From: a virus
Lineage: Duplodnaviria; Caudoviricetes
Direction: 5' to 3' (one strand)
DNA: 63,794 bases
Virus record (IMG/VR): IMGVR_UViG_3300004282_000002
Span: 1-63,794 of that record
Shown here: piece after piece, positions 43,501 through 52,138 of the stretch
Position numbering within the stretch: the first letter of the stretch is position 1
Layout of the letters: each line of letters opens with the position of its first letter
Translations under genes and position numbers: made by a program
The notes under the pieces: generated by a model
Databases searched by the model: none
Seen by the model: the letters and a program-made list of their open reading frames with translations, nothing else
What the model was told of the DNA's origin: nothing

Positions 43501-44651
43501 TTAAAGGACGTTGGCTTAATAGTAGAACACTGTACGCACCATTGCGTGGAGCAGACACCATGATAACTAATCCTATAGTAGTGGCTATGTCACAGAACTG
43601 GGGCGTTAAGGACGATGGTACGATAGTAAGATTTACAAAGAAAGGTAAGGAAAAAGGAATATATAAAAATGTAAAGTCTATCTTTGAAGCTATCAAGCTA
43701 GACGATAAGGGAATGTCTATAGAAGGATTATCTGATGAGGGGTTTATGCAATTTAGAGCAGCTGTTAAAGCTGTTATATCTGAGACTATAGGTAATATGA
43801 ATCCTGATGATATAGGTGCTGTTGACACTAACCTTATCATGAATCAGATGATGGCTTTTAAGTCATGGATGCCAGCGTTAGTACAAGAATATGTAGGAGG
43901 ATTACGATGGGATCAGACAACGCAAGCTATGAGATGGGGTAGATTTAAAGCTTACTTTAATGATTATAGAAGAGATCTTAACTTCACGCCACACGAAATA
44001 GAGCAAGGTAGACTATTTTATTCATATATGAGTAAGGTTGTATTGCCTAATGTAAGTAAGCTTATATTGGACTTAACAACATTCGGACTAGCACCAAGAA
44101 TGGGATTACAGAGAGTGAATGAGGATCGTGCAAGGAAGATGTTTGTAAGATGGCAAAGAGAGCATCCCGGGTTGGTTAATAAAGTAACCTTTGATGATTT
44201 TCTTGAGATAAAAGAAGCTCAGATAAAGGCTATGCTGATGCAATTACGATTTATCTTTGGCTTCATGGCACTAGCAATGTTCTTAGGCGCTAAAGGAGAT
44301 GATGGAGAACCTAGATATTATGAGAATAGGGTTACAAGAGCTTTCTATAAAATATTCTCCAAGGCTGGCTCAGAACTAACGTTCATGTGGAATCCTACAG
44401 AGTTCTTAAGACTTGTAAGAAACCCATGGCCATTGACAAGTTTGCTATTACAAGTAAAGAATGTGGCTGTGAATGGCTTTGATGAGACTAGGGATATTAT
44501 GTTTGGTGAAGACTCTAATCAAGATAAAGCTCCTATTGGATATTATATGTTTCAATTTATGTATGGTATGCCACAGTTGATGAGGTTAACAGAAATGTAT
44601 GAGACTATGAAGAAAAGCCCATATCAAGTGTTTAATATTCAGAGTCAATAA
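40554..44651 (+). CDS. Large cargo protein with N-terminal PD-(D/E)XK nuclease-like domain
   Basis: GT..H, E......IGGTID.L.......IYDYKT motifs, followed by a long helical region typical of ejection proteins. Confidence 0.65.
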   Translation: MGCKELNFTKEELVNAQKNESLITQPSPNQTQEETSAKIDSVAAKVVKKDERYWFWDWVMGTRVSEKAKRSKGMQASSVNPDNDIKREAGTFVHEIMNDLLNLRANKKGDFFVIKEKALHGPVKLTSDHFSQLNKLAERVARDIRRQQDLIDKDKDVIVKTEIFVGDFLKDIGGTIDVLAIFSDNTGLIYDYKTSGKNDPIEIIDGNARVVRRPLAYQDIDAYHIAMKEYKRILVERYGLKHIRQNRLLPIAMSFVKKEGKLEKGNILKKEIDNLVAIDEASENLKPIPVGGEQTSWKGLNKLIEKQYTQIEELRRKLKNKKISQDEKEEIKRRIEAIDKSITRTLVDSDINDIIQTATNLAFEVNNRLKELPLLVNNDPNPNYMTLEDISNYIAEMSVYKDMAKETHTYFLDIKESDPNKFERLKKSLRKILPDFEERLYELEYEYNNRGESIVSDDFKGEDGHLLPLQELNFGQLKFLKISEIDHPIYQTVWKVVEEAQFKIKKKFNDMDKNVYGKTEALFKWAKDNFGGINYRKEAFKMLIDNETGNMYSMLKKGFVSELNATIEKGGSDAIEIVKDHYEFKNQAQWKKDYEVRLESFRALTRARYNINYATGTFEDVVGVGDKIIQTAIQQEEAYENEISNFKKNNDLENSGIAWLNVINRRSFLKLKKSTIEDNYSEEYKRIKNIKPLNDFYVMWNEYMEEFSQIFGVMNYKELPPNFIPNIRKEMLEHISSDGFHLMSAVNEFFESFSVREEDVYLSSYSPDGVERRVPILFMNKFKDKDGNVDNTRKSYDLSTSLMIFGKMAYNYQHMHEIEPKINALKHVLGRPSPEQGGTEATDRLGRRIAGRVSPYITREGSGTDTYKLLEDITDFYLYGVKFKQTSLIPGVDVAHFLTKMKNYNSGIRLGFAFIPAAGALMAGKVGTVLGAGKGIHYTSEQLLEAHKLMVSNPKKYKAITAFFDAQNDDYTQRELEKHHSDIKGRWLNSRTLYAPLRGADTMITNPIVVAMSQNWGVKDDGTIVRFTKKGKEKGIYKNVKSIFEAIKLDDKGMSIEGLSDEGFMQFRAAVKAVISETIGNMNPDDIGAVDTNLIMNQMMAFKSWMPALVQEYVGGLRWDQTTQAMRWGRFKAYFNDYRRDLNFTPHEIEQGRLFYSYMSKVVLPNVSKLILDLTTFGLAPRMGLQRVNEDRARKMFVRWQREHPGLVNKVTFDDFLEIKEAQIKAMLMQLRFIFGFMALAMFLGAKGDDGEPRYYENRVTRAFYKIFSKAGSELTFMWNPTEFLRLVRNPWPLTSLLLQVKNVAVNGFDETRDIMFGEDSNQDKAPIGYYMFQFMYGMPQLMRLTEMYETMKKSPYQVFNIQSQ

Positions 44652-44664
44652 TCTATTCCTTGAT

Positions 44665-44716
44665 AAAAAAAAGCAAGGGGGTTTGTGTTGCGATGCACTT
44701 GCCCCCTTTACTTTCT
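44665..44716. terminator. Probable bidirectional intrinsic terminator between the convergent arms
   Basis: AAGGGGG...CCCCCTT stem with an A8 tract on the left and T-rich sequence on the right. Confidence 0.7.
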
Positions 44717-44735
44717 CACCTTAACTACTTACAAT

Positions 44736-44966
44736 CTATATCGTTCTAATATTTTTATTCAAAGCTCTTTTTATTCTATATCCCACATCATAAAAGGCAC
44801 TATAGTCGTGCCATTCTTTTTTAAAAGTCCATTCTTGATAATCTATCCATGATCCTCTTTGTGTATCATAATGTATCACATATGGTTCTCCTGTTGAATT
44901 TGATGTAGTTATATAGCCAGTAGTACTACTATTAGGTTCTATCCATTCATATATTCCACTACTCAT
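44736..44966 (-). CDS. Small hypothetical protein ending in LNKNIRTI
   Basis: ATGA-coupled to the upstream gene, last gene before the terminator, carries the shared C-terminal motif. Confidence 0.65.
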   Translation of the reverse strand: MSSGIYEWIEPNSSTTGYITTSNSTGEPYVIHYDTQRGSWIDYQEWTFKKEWHDYSAFYDVGYRIKRALNKNIRTI

Positions 44967-45430
44967 ATTATTCTAAACATAAAGTTAGGATCGTTCTTTA
45001 ATATGTTGCCAATAGGCACTCCTATCATCTTCTTGCCAATATTAACAATAGCTATCTTGTCAAGTCTTCTTGGATCATCTAATCGTCTAGGATTAGTAGA
45101 ATAATGAGTGATGTCAGCTGGTGTATGAAAAGATCGTACTATAAATCTTCTTGTTGCAATTCTCTGTCTCTCTTGTTCTTCAAGTTCTTCCTTAGTAGAT
45201 AGTTTATATTTCCTATTAAGCTTCTTAAAGAAATGTCCAACATATATACCTTCTAATAGATCATGTTCTTTTATCAACTTAGTCTTATATGTAACAGTAG
45301 TTTCTGTCCTTGCAATGCCATGAACAGCATTCCTTATAGGAGCTCCTGTTAATGTCTTTCTCATATATTTATTGTTGATAATATTCATTGGGATATATGT
45401 GTCGAACTTCACCTTATCACCTATTTTCAT
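44963..45430 (-). CDS. Hypothetical protein
   Basis: MKIGDKVKF N-terminus (SH3/KOW-like start), coupled at both ends, PRRLD duplicated. Confidence 0.6.
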   Translation of the reverse strand: MKIGDKVKFDTYIPMNIINNKYMRKTLTGAPIRNAVHGIARTETTVTYKTKLIKEHDLLEGIYVGHFFKKLNRKYKLSTKEELEEQERQRIATRRFIVRSFHTPADITHYSTNPRRLDDPRRLDKIAIVNIGKKMIGVPIGNILKNDPNFMFRII

Positions 45431-46068
45431 TATTCCTCCATTTCTTTATATATCTCTTCATTTCTATTTAGTTGTAGCATCTGTGTTATATATGTCTTAT
45501 AGATACTTTCTGCTGTTGTAAGATGATTATTTGATTTCTTAAATCCATAATTCAATCTCTCCTTAATATCTAACAGTAGATCATTACTATTGTCTACATT
45601 ATCTATTGTACAAGATTTAATTATATCAATATCTTCCTCTTGTATATGTTGATTATATTCCATAGGAAGAGCTACCTTATCAGGTGTCTTTAAATTGACA
45701 ATAGAGGCTATTTTAATGAGGTCTAAAGAACTTATATATTTGTCAACATAAAATCCTATATCTGTATGACTCCATAGTGGAATCGCAAGCTTATTGCATT
45801 CCTTGATGGTCATGGATAATGTATATAATTCTTTAGTGTTTATCTTAGCTTGATGGAAGATGTAGTTTAGAATAATATCATTATGCTTAGAATTCCCTAC
45901 TCCAATGAATAGGGAATTACTTATAAGCATTTCTATTATGTCAGTCCTTACGTCTTTATCATCTATCTTATAACAAGTGAATTTCTTATTTGTCTTAACA
46001 TTAAGAAACGTTGCTATAAAGAAGTTACCTCCTACTACCTCTAAATCATAAACTATCAAGTTTCTCAT
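45430..46068 (-). CDS. Stand-alone, probably degenerate DnaQ-like 3'-5' exonuclease domain
   Basis: ExoI-like YDLEV present; the ExoII- and ExoIII-like positions are altered (VGNSKHND, CTIDNV); no polymerase domain follows. Confidence 0.5.
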   Translation of the reverse strand: MRNLIVYDLEVVGGNFFIATFLNVKTNKKFTCYKIDDKDVRTDIIEMLISNSLFIGVGNSKHNDIILNYIFHQAKINTKELYTLSMTIKECNKLAIPLWSHTDIGFYVDKYISSLDLIKIASIVNLKTPDKVALPMEYNQHIQEEDIDIIKSCTIDNVDNSNDLLLDIKERLNYGFKKSNNHLTTAESIYKTYITQMLQLNRNEEIYKEMEE

Positions 46069-46516
46069 TTCTAAGTGTTAACTCATCATTAAATGCTTTT
46101 TTATATTTTTCAGGTAGTCTCTCTTTCATAAATGCTATTACAGCATGGATATGATCTGTTTTCATGTCCTTTATTTTTATCCAGTTAGTCTCAGGCAATC
46201 TATTCATATCCTTATCATAGTTTTGGCCCCATAATAATATATCTCTAGATGGATATCCCAATGATAACAGTATATCGTCATCTTCAGTATAATACCACAC
46301 ACCAGGTATATTATCTAAAAATCCCATATTCACTAACACTTGTGAGAATCTTTCATCATGATTAGCGTTCCAATATTTTTTTATGGCACGCTTCTCTTTC
46401 ACGACTTTCTTCTCTACTTCTTCAAAATTGGTTTTAAACCAATGTATGAATAGTTTATGCATAAATTCCTCATTCACGTAATTCATGAATAATGGAATCC
46501 TTTCTCTATTTCTCAT
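46046..46516 (-). CDS. Hypothetical phage protein
   Basis: 156-aa ORF in operon, WG.N.DK...IKDM.TDHI motif. Confidence 0.6.
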   Translation of the reverse strand: MRNRERIPLFMNYVNEEFMHKLFIHWFKTNFEEVEKKVVKEKRAIKKYWNANHDERFSQVLVNMGFLDNIPGVWYYTEDDDILLSLGYPSRDILLWGQNYDKDMNRLPETNWIKIKDMKTDHIHAVIAFMKERLPEKYKKAFNDELTLRNEKLDSL

Positions 46517-46665
46517 TTTTTTAATTCATCTAAAAACCTATTATATATTTTCTCAGAACTTATCTTCCCAGTAATATATTGCTCAAGCATTTCATCATCA
46601 TACTTAAGCCAATCGAGTAATACTATTACTGTCTCTTTAATTTGTTTTTCTACTTTCTGTTCCAT
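46513..46665 (-). CDS. Small hypothetical protein (50 aa, not in ORF track)
   Basis: MEQKVEKQIKETVIVLLDWLKY...FLDELKK*, ATGA-coupled to the gene starting at 46516. Confidence 0.55.
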   Translation of the reverse strand: MEQKVEKQIKETVIVLLDWLKYDDEMLEQYITGKISSEKIYNRFLDELKK

Positions 46666-46748
46666 ATGTAATCCATTACCCAATATTTACCATTGTATGT
46701 AAATGTAACTCCAAAAAACTTCTTCTTGTCACCCTTCTTCGCTTTCAT
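46650..46748 (-). CDS. Micro-protein (32 aa, not in ORF track)
   Basis: MKAKKGDKKKFFGVTFTYNGKYWVMDYIWNRK*, ATGA-coupled to the upstream micro-ORF. Confidence 0.5.
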   Translation of the reverse strand: MKAKKGDKKKFFGVTFTYNGKYWVMDYIWNRK

Positions 46749-46846
46749 TTTGTAACAGATTTAATTATTACACTTAATATAATTAGTGTTACATATAATG
46801 CTATGTAGCATTCTATTATAAAATCATATATCTTTTTTGCTTTCAT
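46745..46846 (-). CDS. Micro membrane protein (33 aa, not in ORF track)
   Basis: MKAKKIYDFIIECYIALYVTLIILSVIIKSVTK*, one transmembrane helix. Confidence 0.5.
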   Translation of the reverse strand: MKAKKIYDFIIECYIALYVTLIILSVIIKSVTK

Positions 46847-46861
46847 ATTTTAATTAGATTA

Positions 46862-49252
46862 TTAACCACACTTTGAATAGCCACATGTCTTACATATTAG
46901 ACAACCACCTTCATAAGACATTATAGCCTTACATTCAGGACATAATATACTTGGTTTAGCTGTATCAGGTACATATTTATTCAATATCCTACCTATAGCT
47001 CTACCAAATGATGTTATATCTCCTGTAGATTTATTTAATTGTTCAACAATAAATCTAATGTTAGCACCATGTCTTAATGATGTAGATATCATTCTTGTTA
47101 AGAGATTCTCTTCATCAGAACATCCATTAGTTATATTTTGGAATGTTCTAGTTTCACTAGGGATATATAGATCATATCTTCCCTTAGCAAGTTTTATCAT
47201 CTCTCCTATAAACTTAGAACCAGATATTTCAACATTATTAAAAGCAAAGACCTCATATGGTTTATCTTCTAGCATACCAATAGATACCATCCAGTGATGT
47301 CCTTTAGACATAATAGAATATACCTCATGAGGTAATACCTTAGGTCTCTTAGGCGCATCATGTTGAATAAAATGTTCATCTGTATGTGTAGTTAATATAC
47401 CTTCCCTGCTACCATCTCTATAGATGGTCATACCTTTTAATCCTTTTTCCCAAGCTTCTAAATATAACTTAGAAACTTCAGTTTCAGATATGTTCTTAGG
47501 TAAGTTATATGTTACACTTATAGAATGATCAATCCATTGCTGTATGCCTGATTGTAGATCTATCTTGCTATGCACATCTATCTCATGAGCTGTAGCCTTA
47601 TAATATGGAGATATTTCTGCTAATGGTTTAATATTATCATCTAGCTTAAGGTCTAATTCATCTATTACTCTATAATCTAATAGACAATAAGTTTTAAATT
47701 TAGGATGTAATATATTATATTCCTCCCACCAATCTCCTTGTTTATCTCTAAAAGTTTTCCATGGATTATTGTCTGGAACTTTTCTTTTTCTTTTATAAGA
47801 TAATGCAAAGACAGGTTCTATACCTGACGTTACTCCTGCAAGCATAGATATGCTACCTGTAGGGGCTATAGTAAGATTGGCTATATTACGTCTACCATAT
47901 TTGAAATATTTATCTACATATTCAGGTGGTAGATTAGTAAGTATCCTTTGTATGAATGGATTATCTAACTCTAATGATCTATCATACGCTGTGAAATGTC
48001 CTCTTTCTTCAGCCATTATAATAGAAGATATATATGAATTAAGAGATATTGTTTTACTTACCTCTTCAGCCCATTCATTAAACTCCTTACTTCCATACTT
48101 ATATCCCATAGCCGCACCAGCATCAGCTATCCCCATCTGTCCTAGTCCTGTACGCCTACCAGTGACAAGCTTCTGATATATTTTATCCCATAGATCTAAC
48201 TCTATAGCTTTCACTTCCGTTGGCTCTGGATCACTGAATATCTTATGTATGATGGCTATTATCTTCTCAGCTTCTAGGTCTACGACGTTATCCATTATCC
48301 TTTGTGCTAACTGAGAATCTCTTGCAAGACTATCCCAGTCAAATGTAGCATTAGATGTAAATGGATTTATAACATATTCATAGGCGTTTATTGCTGAAAG
48401 CCTACAACTATCATAAGCACAGAGGGGTAACTCTCCACATGGATTTGTAGAGATAGTTTTAAAATCAGGATAACAATCAGCAGGACTCTCTTTTATTATC
48501 TTATCCCAGAATAATACTCCTGGTTCAGCATTCTTCCACGCTTGATGTATAATCTTACTCCATAACTTAACCTCATATTCGCTACTTATGGTTAATTGAT
48601 GCATAAAAGCATCACTCACCTTAACGGATATATTAGCTCCTGTTATCTTACCTGTATCATCTTTACTTTCCACGAAAGCCATTGCTTCGTCATGATAGGC
48701 ATCTATAGTAAGCATGAGAGCACCTCTACGCCCTTCTTGCGCCACTTCTCTTGTAGTATTAGAATATCTCTCCATGAAAGGTATTATACCTGTAGAGGTA
48801 TTAGCTGCATTATTAACGATAGTATCCTTAGCTCTTATAGTAGATAAGTCTACACCTACGCCTCCACGTCTCTTCATGAGCTGTGCAAGCTCTTGATCTG
48901 TCTTTAATATACCACCATAGCTATCATAAGGACTATCAACAACGAAACAATTCCCAAGAGTTGATAAGGTAGTATTATTACCTATACCAAATAATGGAGA
49001 ACCACCGAGAACAAATCGTTTATATACACTCATTAGACGATAAATATCTTTATAGTCTACTGGATTTGGATATACCTTTTCTATTCTATGTATCTCACAT
49101 GCTAACCGTATTATAGTGTGATCTGGTGTCACATCTATAATCTTGTTATTCTTTATATCTTTTAAGCAATATTTATCAAACCACACATTAGCTGTCAATT
49201 CATCTCCGAAATACTCAACAGCGTTCAACTTCACTTCTTCGCTTCTGTTCAT
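46862..49252 (-). CDS. nrdJ: Class II (adenosylcobalamin-dependent) ribonucleotide reductase
   Basis: NCFV, RGGVG.DLS..R, QEGRRGALM, TNPCGE, TIAPTGS.S, G.KG.T.YRDGSR and C-terminal CPEC...EGGC..C..CGYSKC; no beta-subunit gene nearby. Confidence 0.92.
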   Translation of the reverse strand: MNRSEEVKLNAVEYFGDELTANVWFDKYCLKDIKNNKIIDVTPDHTIIRLACEIHRIEKVYPNPVDYKDIYRLMSVYKRFVLGGSPLFGIGNNTTLSTLGNCFVVDSPYDSYGGILKTDQELAQLMKRRGGVGVDLSTIRAKDTIVNNAANTSTGIIPFMERYSNTTREVAQEGRRGALMLTIDAYHDEAMAFVESKDDTGKITGANISVKVSDAFMHQLTISSEYEVKLWSKIIHQAWKNAEPGVLFWDKIIKESPADCYPDFKTISTNPCGELPLCAYDSCRLSAINAYEYVINPFTSNATFDWDSLARDSQLAQRIMDNVVDLEAEKIIAIIHKIFSDPEPTEVKAIELDLWDKIYQKLVTGRRTGLGQMGIADAGAAMGYKYGSKEFNEWAEEVSKTISLNSYISSIIMAEERGHFTAYDRSLELDNPFIQRILTNLPPEYVDKYFKYGRRNIANLTIAPTGSISMLAGVTSGIEPVFALSYKRKRKVPDNNPWKTFRDKQGDWWEEYNILHPKFKTYCLLDYRVIDELDLKLDDNIKPLAEISPYYKATAHEIDVHSKIDLQSGIQQWIDHSISVTYNLPKNISETEVSKLYLEAWEKGLKGMTIYRDGSREGILTTHTDEHFIQHDAPKRPKVLPHEVYSIMSKGHHWMVSIGMLEDKPYEVFAFNNVEISGSKFIGEMIKLAKGRYDLYIPSETRTFQNITNGCSDEENLLTRMISTSLRHGANIRFIVEQLNKSTGDITSFGRAIGRILNKYVPDTAKPSILCPECKAIMSYEGGCLICKTCGYSKCG

Positions 49253-49485
49253 TTTTTCTTTTCTACCTCCTTTTTGGGCGTATATATTGAATCATTTATC
49301 TTACATGAAAACTCATAACTCACTTGGCCATTTTCTATGTAGTGCATAGTATCACAATCATCACACATTAATACTGTCCTTATTATCTCTTCATCAGTGA
49401 TGACATCAGGAACAGGAATATTTGTCAATGGTGTTAGATTGCCACTATTGCATACATGACAGAACTTTATATTTTCTAATCTCAT
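49249..49485 (-). CDS. Zinc-ribbon protein
   Basis: CHVC ... CDDC pairs. Confidence 0.6.
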   Translation of the reverse strand: MRLENIKFCHVCNSGNLTPLTNIPVPDVITDEEIIRTVLMCDDCDTMHYIENGQVSYEFSCKINDSIYTPKKEVEKKK

Positions 49486-49682
49486 ATTATTCTTGTATTA
49501 GCGTTTACATTCATTATTCTAATCTCTGATTCTCTTACCTCATTTCCACATTTATAGCAATATATGTAATCTAGTAATTCATTTATTTCATATTGTTGTT
49601 TTCGCCAATTCTAGATTACATTAGCCTCATAAGTAAGATCCTCATTACCACATTCGTCACACACATATTTGTACTTAGCCAT
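49482..49682 (-). pseudogene. Zinc-ribbon protein interrupted by in-frame TAG (not in ORF track)
   Basis: MAKYKYVCDECGNEDLTYEANVI*NWRKQQ...YCYKCGNE...VNANTRII*; TAG at 49611-49613; coupled at both ends (TAATG and ATGA). Confidence 0.65.
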
Positions 49683-50227
49683 TACTCGATAAATTTAAAT
49701 GTTTCATCTTCATAGACTATTTTACTTGTCAATTCACTATTCTCAGGCAATGTGATACCTAATTCTGTTTCCATTTTTTGTCTCCTACTCTTATGTCTCC
49801 ATAATACTCCTGTTATATCCTGTATCAATGGTGGATATTTGTATGTCTCAGCACTATATGATACTATTATTGCTTTAGCTTCATTGCTGAACTTAGAATA
49901 TTTACCATCTTTGAATAGTTTATATTCAGGAATAAATTCATCAGGAAATCTAAATATGTATAACTTCTTGTCTTCATTTATAATATAGCTACGATGGAAG
50001 TTAGGATGATTTATTAAGTATTCATTATACATAGAAAACTCTTCTGATTCTTCTAGTTCGTATAATATACCAAATGGATAATCTATATTTCCTATATCTA
50101 TATTAAACTTTATAAAACAATTAAGTAATAAATACGAAAACTGTATGTCTATCTCTTTTGTTAGGAGAGGTAAAAGATATGTCTTCGATTTATTATATAT
50201 TGTCTTTCTTTCTAGTTCAACTGTCAT
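49682..50227 (-). CDS. Conserved crAss-like hypothetical protein
   Basis: Y.LPLL, Y.F.FP....Y.LF..GKYSKFS pattern; follows the nuclease gene. Confidence 0.6.
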   Translation of the reverse strand: MTVELERKTIYNKSKTYLLPLLTKEIDIQFSYLLLNCFIKFNIDIGNIDYPFGILYELEESEEFSMYNEYLINHPNFHRSYIINEDKKLYIFRFPDEFIPEYKLFKDGKYSKFSNEAKAIIVSYSAETYKYPPLIQDITGVLWRHKSRRQKMETELGITLPENSELTSKIVYEDETFKFIE

Positions 50228-50337
50228 TTCTCTTTCTTTTTATGTTTCCGTTTATTTGATTGTTTTCCAACTTCATATCCAAAATAGAAAGTAAGAATAA
50301 TTATTAAAATTAATAAGAAAATATCTATTTCTGTCAT
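50224..50337 (-). CDS. Micro membrane protein (37 aa, not in ORF track)
   Basis: MTEIDIFLLILIIILTFYFGYEVGKQSNKRKHKKKEK*, ATGA-coupled at both ends. Confidence 0.6.
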   Translation of the reverse strand: MTEIDIFLLILIIILTFYFGYEVGKQSNKRKHKKKEK

Positions 50338-51362
50338 AATAACTCTATTTTCATGTTACCATTATTTTGTACTATTAGTCTTTCTGTAGAATAATACTGT
50401 GATTCCTTGTGGAACTTGTAATCTTCGACTAATTCCATGAAACCTCTTACTCTATCTCCACTAGAAGATACCCATCCATCAGCAAACTTATTAAGTAATA
50501 TTGTTGGCACTGTCCATATACTAGGAACTTCAGGTAATTTCTTACTTAGATAGATAAACTTGAAATCATTAATAGTGTAATCACCAAAGTCAGGATCATT
50601 ATTTATAATATACTGAATAGCTAATAGATATGATACCACTTGTAAATAATATTTATACTTATAAAATGGTGCCATAAACTTAGTTGGTAACTCAGCTCCT
50701 GTCTTTATATCTATTACCGTTATTTCTTTCTTCTTATGATCTATATTTAATAAATCTATCCTAGCTTTACCAGTAACACCCTTAAAATTATATCTCACAG
50801 AGGCTTGTTTTAGAACTTCAAATGTATCTGTTTCTATGAAATACTTATTAGTATATTCATGATTAAGTAATACCTTTGCACAATTCTCTGCCGATTCTAA
50901 CACTTCAGGAGAAACTATTATCTTACCTTTAGCTTCATAGCTTTCTTTTATGTAATCCCAGAATAATTGTACGTCATATTTAGCTTTTAATTTCTCTATA
51001 TCCTTTACATTATCCCATAATTTTAATTCTTTTATCTTATCTTGGATGTTTTCATGTGTCACGCGTTGTAATGTATCCTCATAGACTAGAATATCTAACA
51101 GGATGGCATCAGCGAGCTCTAGGAGCGACGCAGTAGGTTTCACTAGTGTCTTGGTCCAAAAGACATCATCCTTCCTCTCAGGGCTTGTAATGAGTATATC
51201 CACTAATGATCCAAATTCAAGTGCATCTCCACTTTTAGTGCTTTCTGTAATAAGAGATAACGGACCAGAATCATCTAATGCTTTTAATAATGAATAGCTA
51301 AAATCATCTAGATTTCTATATTCATCATCAGGTATAGTTAATATTTTTTCTTTAAATTTCAT
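50334..51362 (-). CDS. PD-(D/E)XK exonuclease (RecE/DUF3799-like)
   Basis: SYS.LK, FGSLVD, KARID, IDIKT and Y.Y.LQ...Y motifs. Confidence 0.8.
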   Translation of the reverse strand: MKFKEKILTIPDDEYRNLDDFSYSLLKALDDSGPLSLITESTKSGDALEFGSLVDILITSPERKDDVFWTKTLVKPTASLLELADAILLDILVYEDTLQRVTHENIQDKIKELKLWDNVKDIEKLKAKYDVQLFWDYIKESYEAKGKIIVSPEVLESAENCAKVLLNHEYTNKYFIETDTFEVLKQASVRYNFKGVTGKARIDLLNIDHKKKEITVIDIKTGAELPTKFMAPFYKYKYYLQVVSYLLAIQYIINNDPDFGDYTINDFKFIYLSKKLPEVPSIWTVPTILLNKFADGWVSSSGDRVRGFMELVEDYKFHKESQYYSTERLIVQNNGNMKIELL

Positions 51363-51897
51363 TTACTGTTACTTTTTTAATTGTTGCTTCTCCTACAACT
51401 ATACACATATCTGAATGTGGCGTATTAGACATCCTTGCAACTAATATATCATTAATAAAAAACTTAATTCTTTCATTATCCCAATCAATAGTGTATTTAT
51501 TAAATGAATTCCTTAATTGCTCTATTAGTCTTTTGTTAGTTAACTTTACTCTTTGTATTTTACACCCAAATCTTTCATCAGGAACATTTATTAATGGATT
51601 CCAATAAGATGTAAAGTGAAGTGATATCTTATTATCCTTTTTCATTAGTTCAATATCAACTTCTGCATAGAATTTCTCAGAGTTAACAAGCCATAATGCA
51701 GGTCTAGATACATCAGTGAAGTTACCATCTAGCTTAGCTATATATGTAAATACTCCAAACTTTTTTTTAAAGGTGGTGAAATACCAAACATCGCTATTCC
51801 ATTGTCCATCGTTAAATGATGTGCTATAAAACACTTCCTTATAACTCTGTTTTCTTTTAATTAGAAATCTTAAATAAAATAGTAATTTTCTTATCAT
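51352..51897 (-). CDS. GH16/concanavalin-like beta-sandwich protein
   Basis: PALWL......EVDIE and F..YTIDW....I.F.I.D motifs resemble GH16. Confidence 0.55.
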   Translation of the reverse strand: MIRKLLFYLRFLIKRKQSYKEVFYSTSFNDGQWNSDVWYFTTFKKKFGVFTYIAKLDGNFTDVSRPALWLVNSEKFYAEVDIELMKKDNKISLHFTSYWNPLINVPDERFGCKIQRVKLTNKRLIEQLRNSFNKYTIDWDNERIKFFINDILVARMSNTPHSDMCIVVGEATIKKVTVNEI

Positions 51898-51934
51898 AAT
51901 ATTTTTATATATACATTAGGTTTTTATCTAAATT

Positions 51935-52138
51935 TCATACAACTTTTACATTACTATTAATTTTACATTTTTCTTTTTTAAAATAACTCCATATAAGATC
52001 ACTATTAATATAGGCAGTGTCACCCCCATCCATATTAAATTCATGCTGTTTTTCTTTACGTGGAATAAGTGTATACTCCTTATTTTTTGTAATTATTCCT
52101 GAAAAATCATTTAGTCCTAGAACTTTCAATATTTTCAT
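51935..52138 (-). CDS. Small SH3-like protein ending in INSNVKVV
   Basis: ITKNKEY motif like 61592..62428; variant of the shared C-terminal motif. Confidence 0.6.
   Translation of the reverse strand: MKILKVLGLNDFSGIITKNKEYTLIPRKEKQHEFNMDGGDTAYINSDLIWSYFKKEKCKINSNVKVV

Noticed and set aside
45055-45095. PRRLDD-PRRLDK tandem peptide duplication
   Set aside because: A single short duplication with no further structure; no function can be argued.
46862-49252. Intein or intron in nrdJ or the RNA polymerase
   Set aside because: nrdJ is of normal length with contiguous motifs, and no intein or homing-endonuclease signatures were noticed in either gene.
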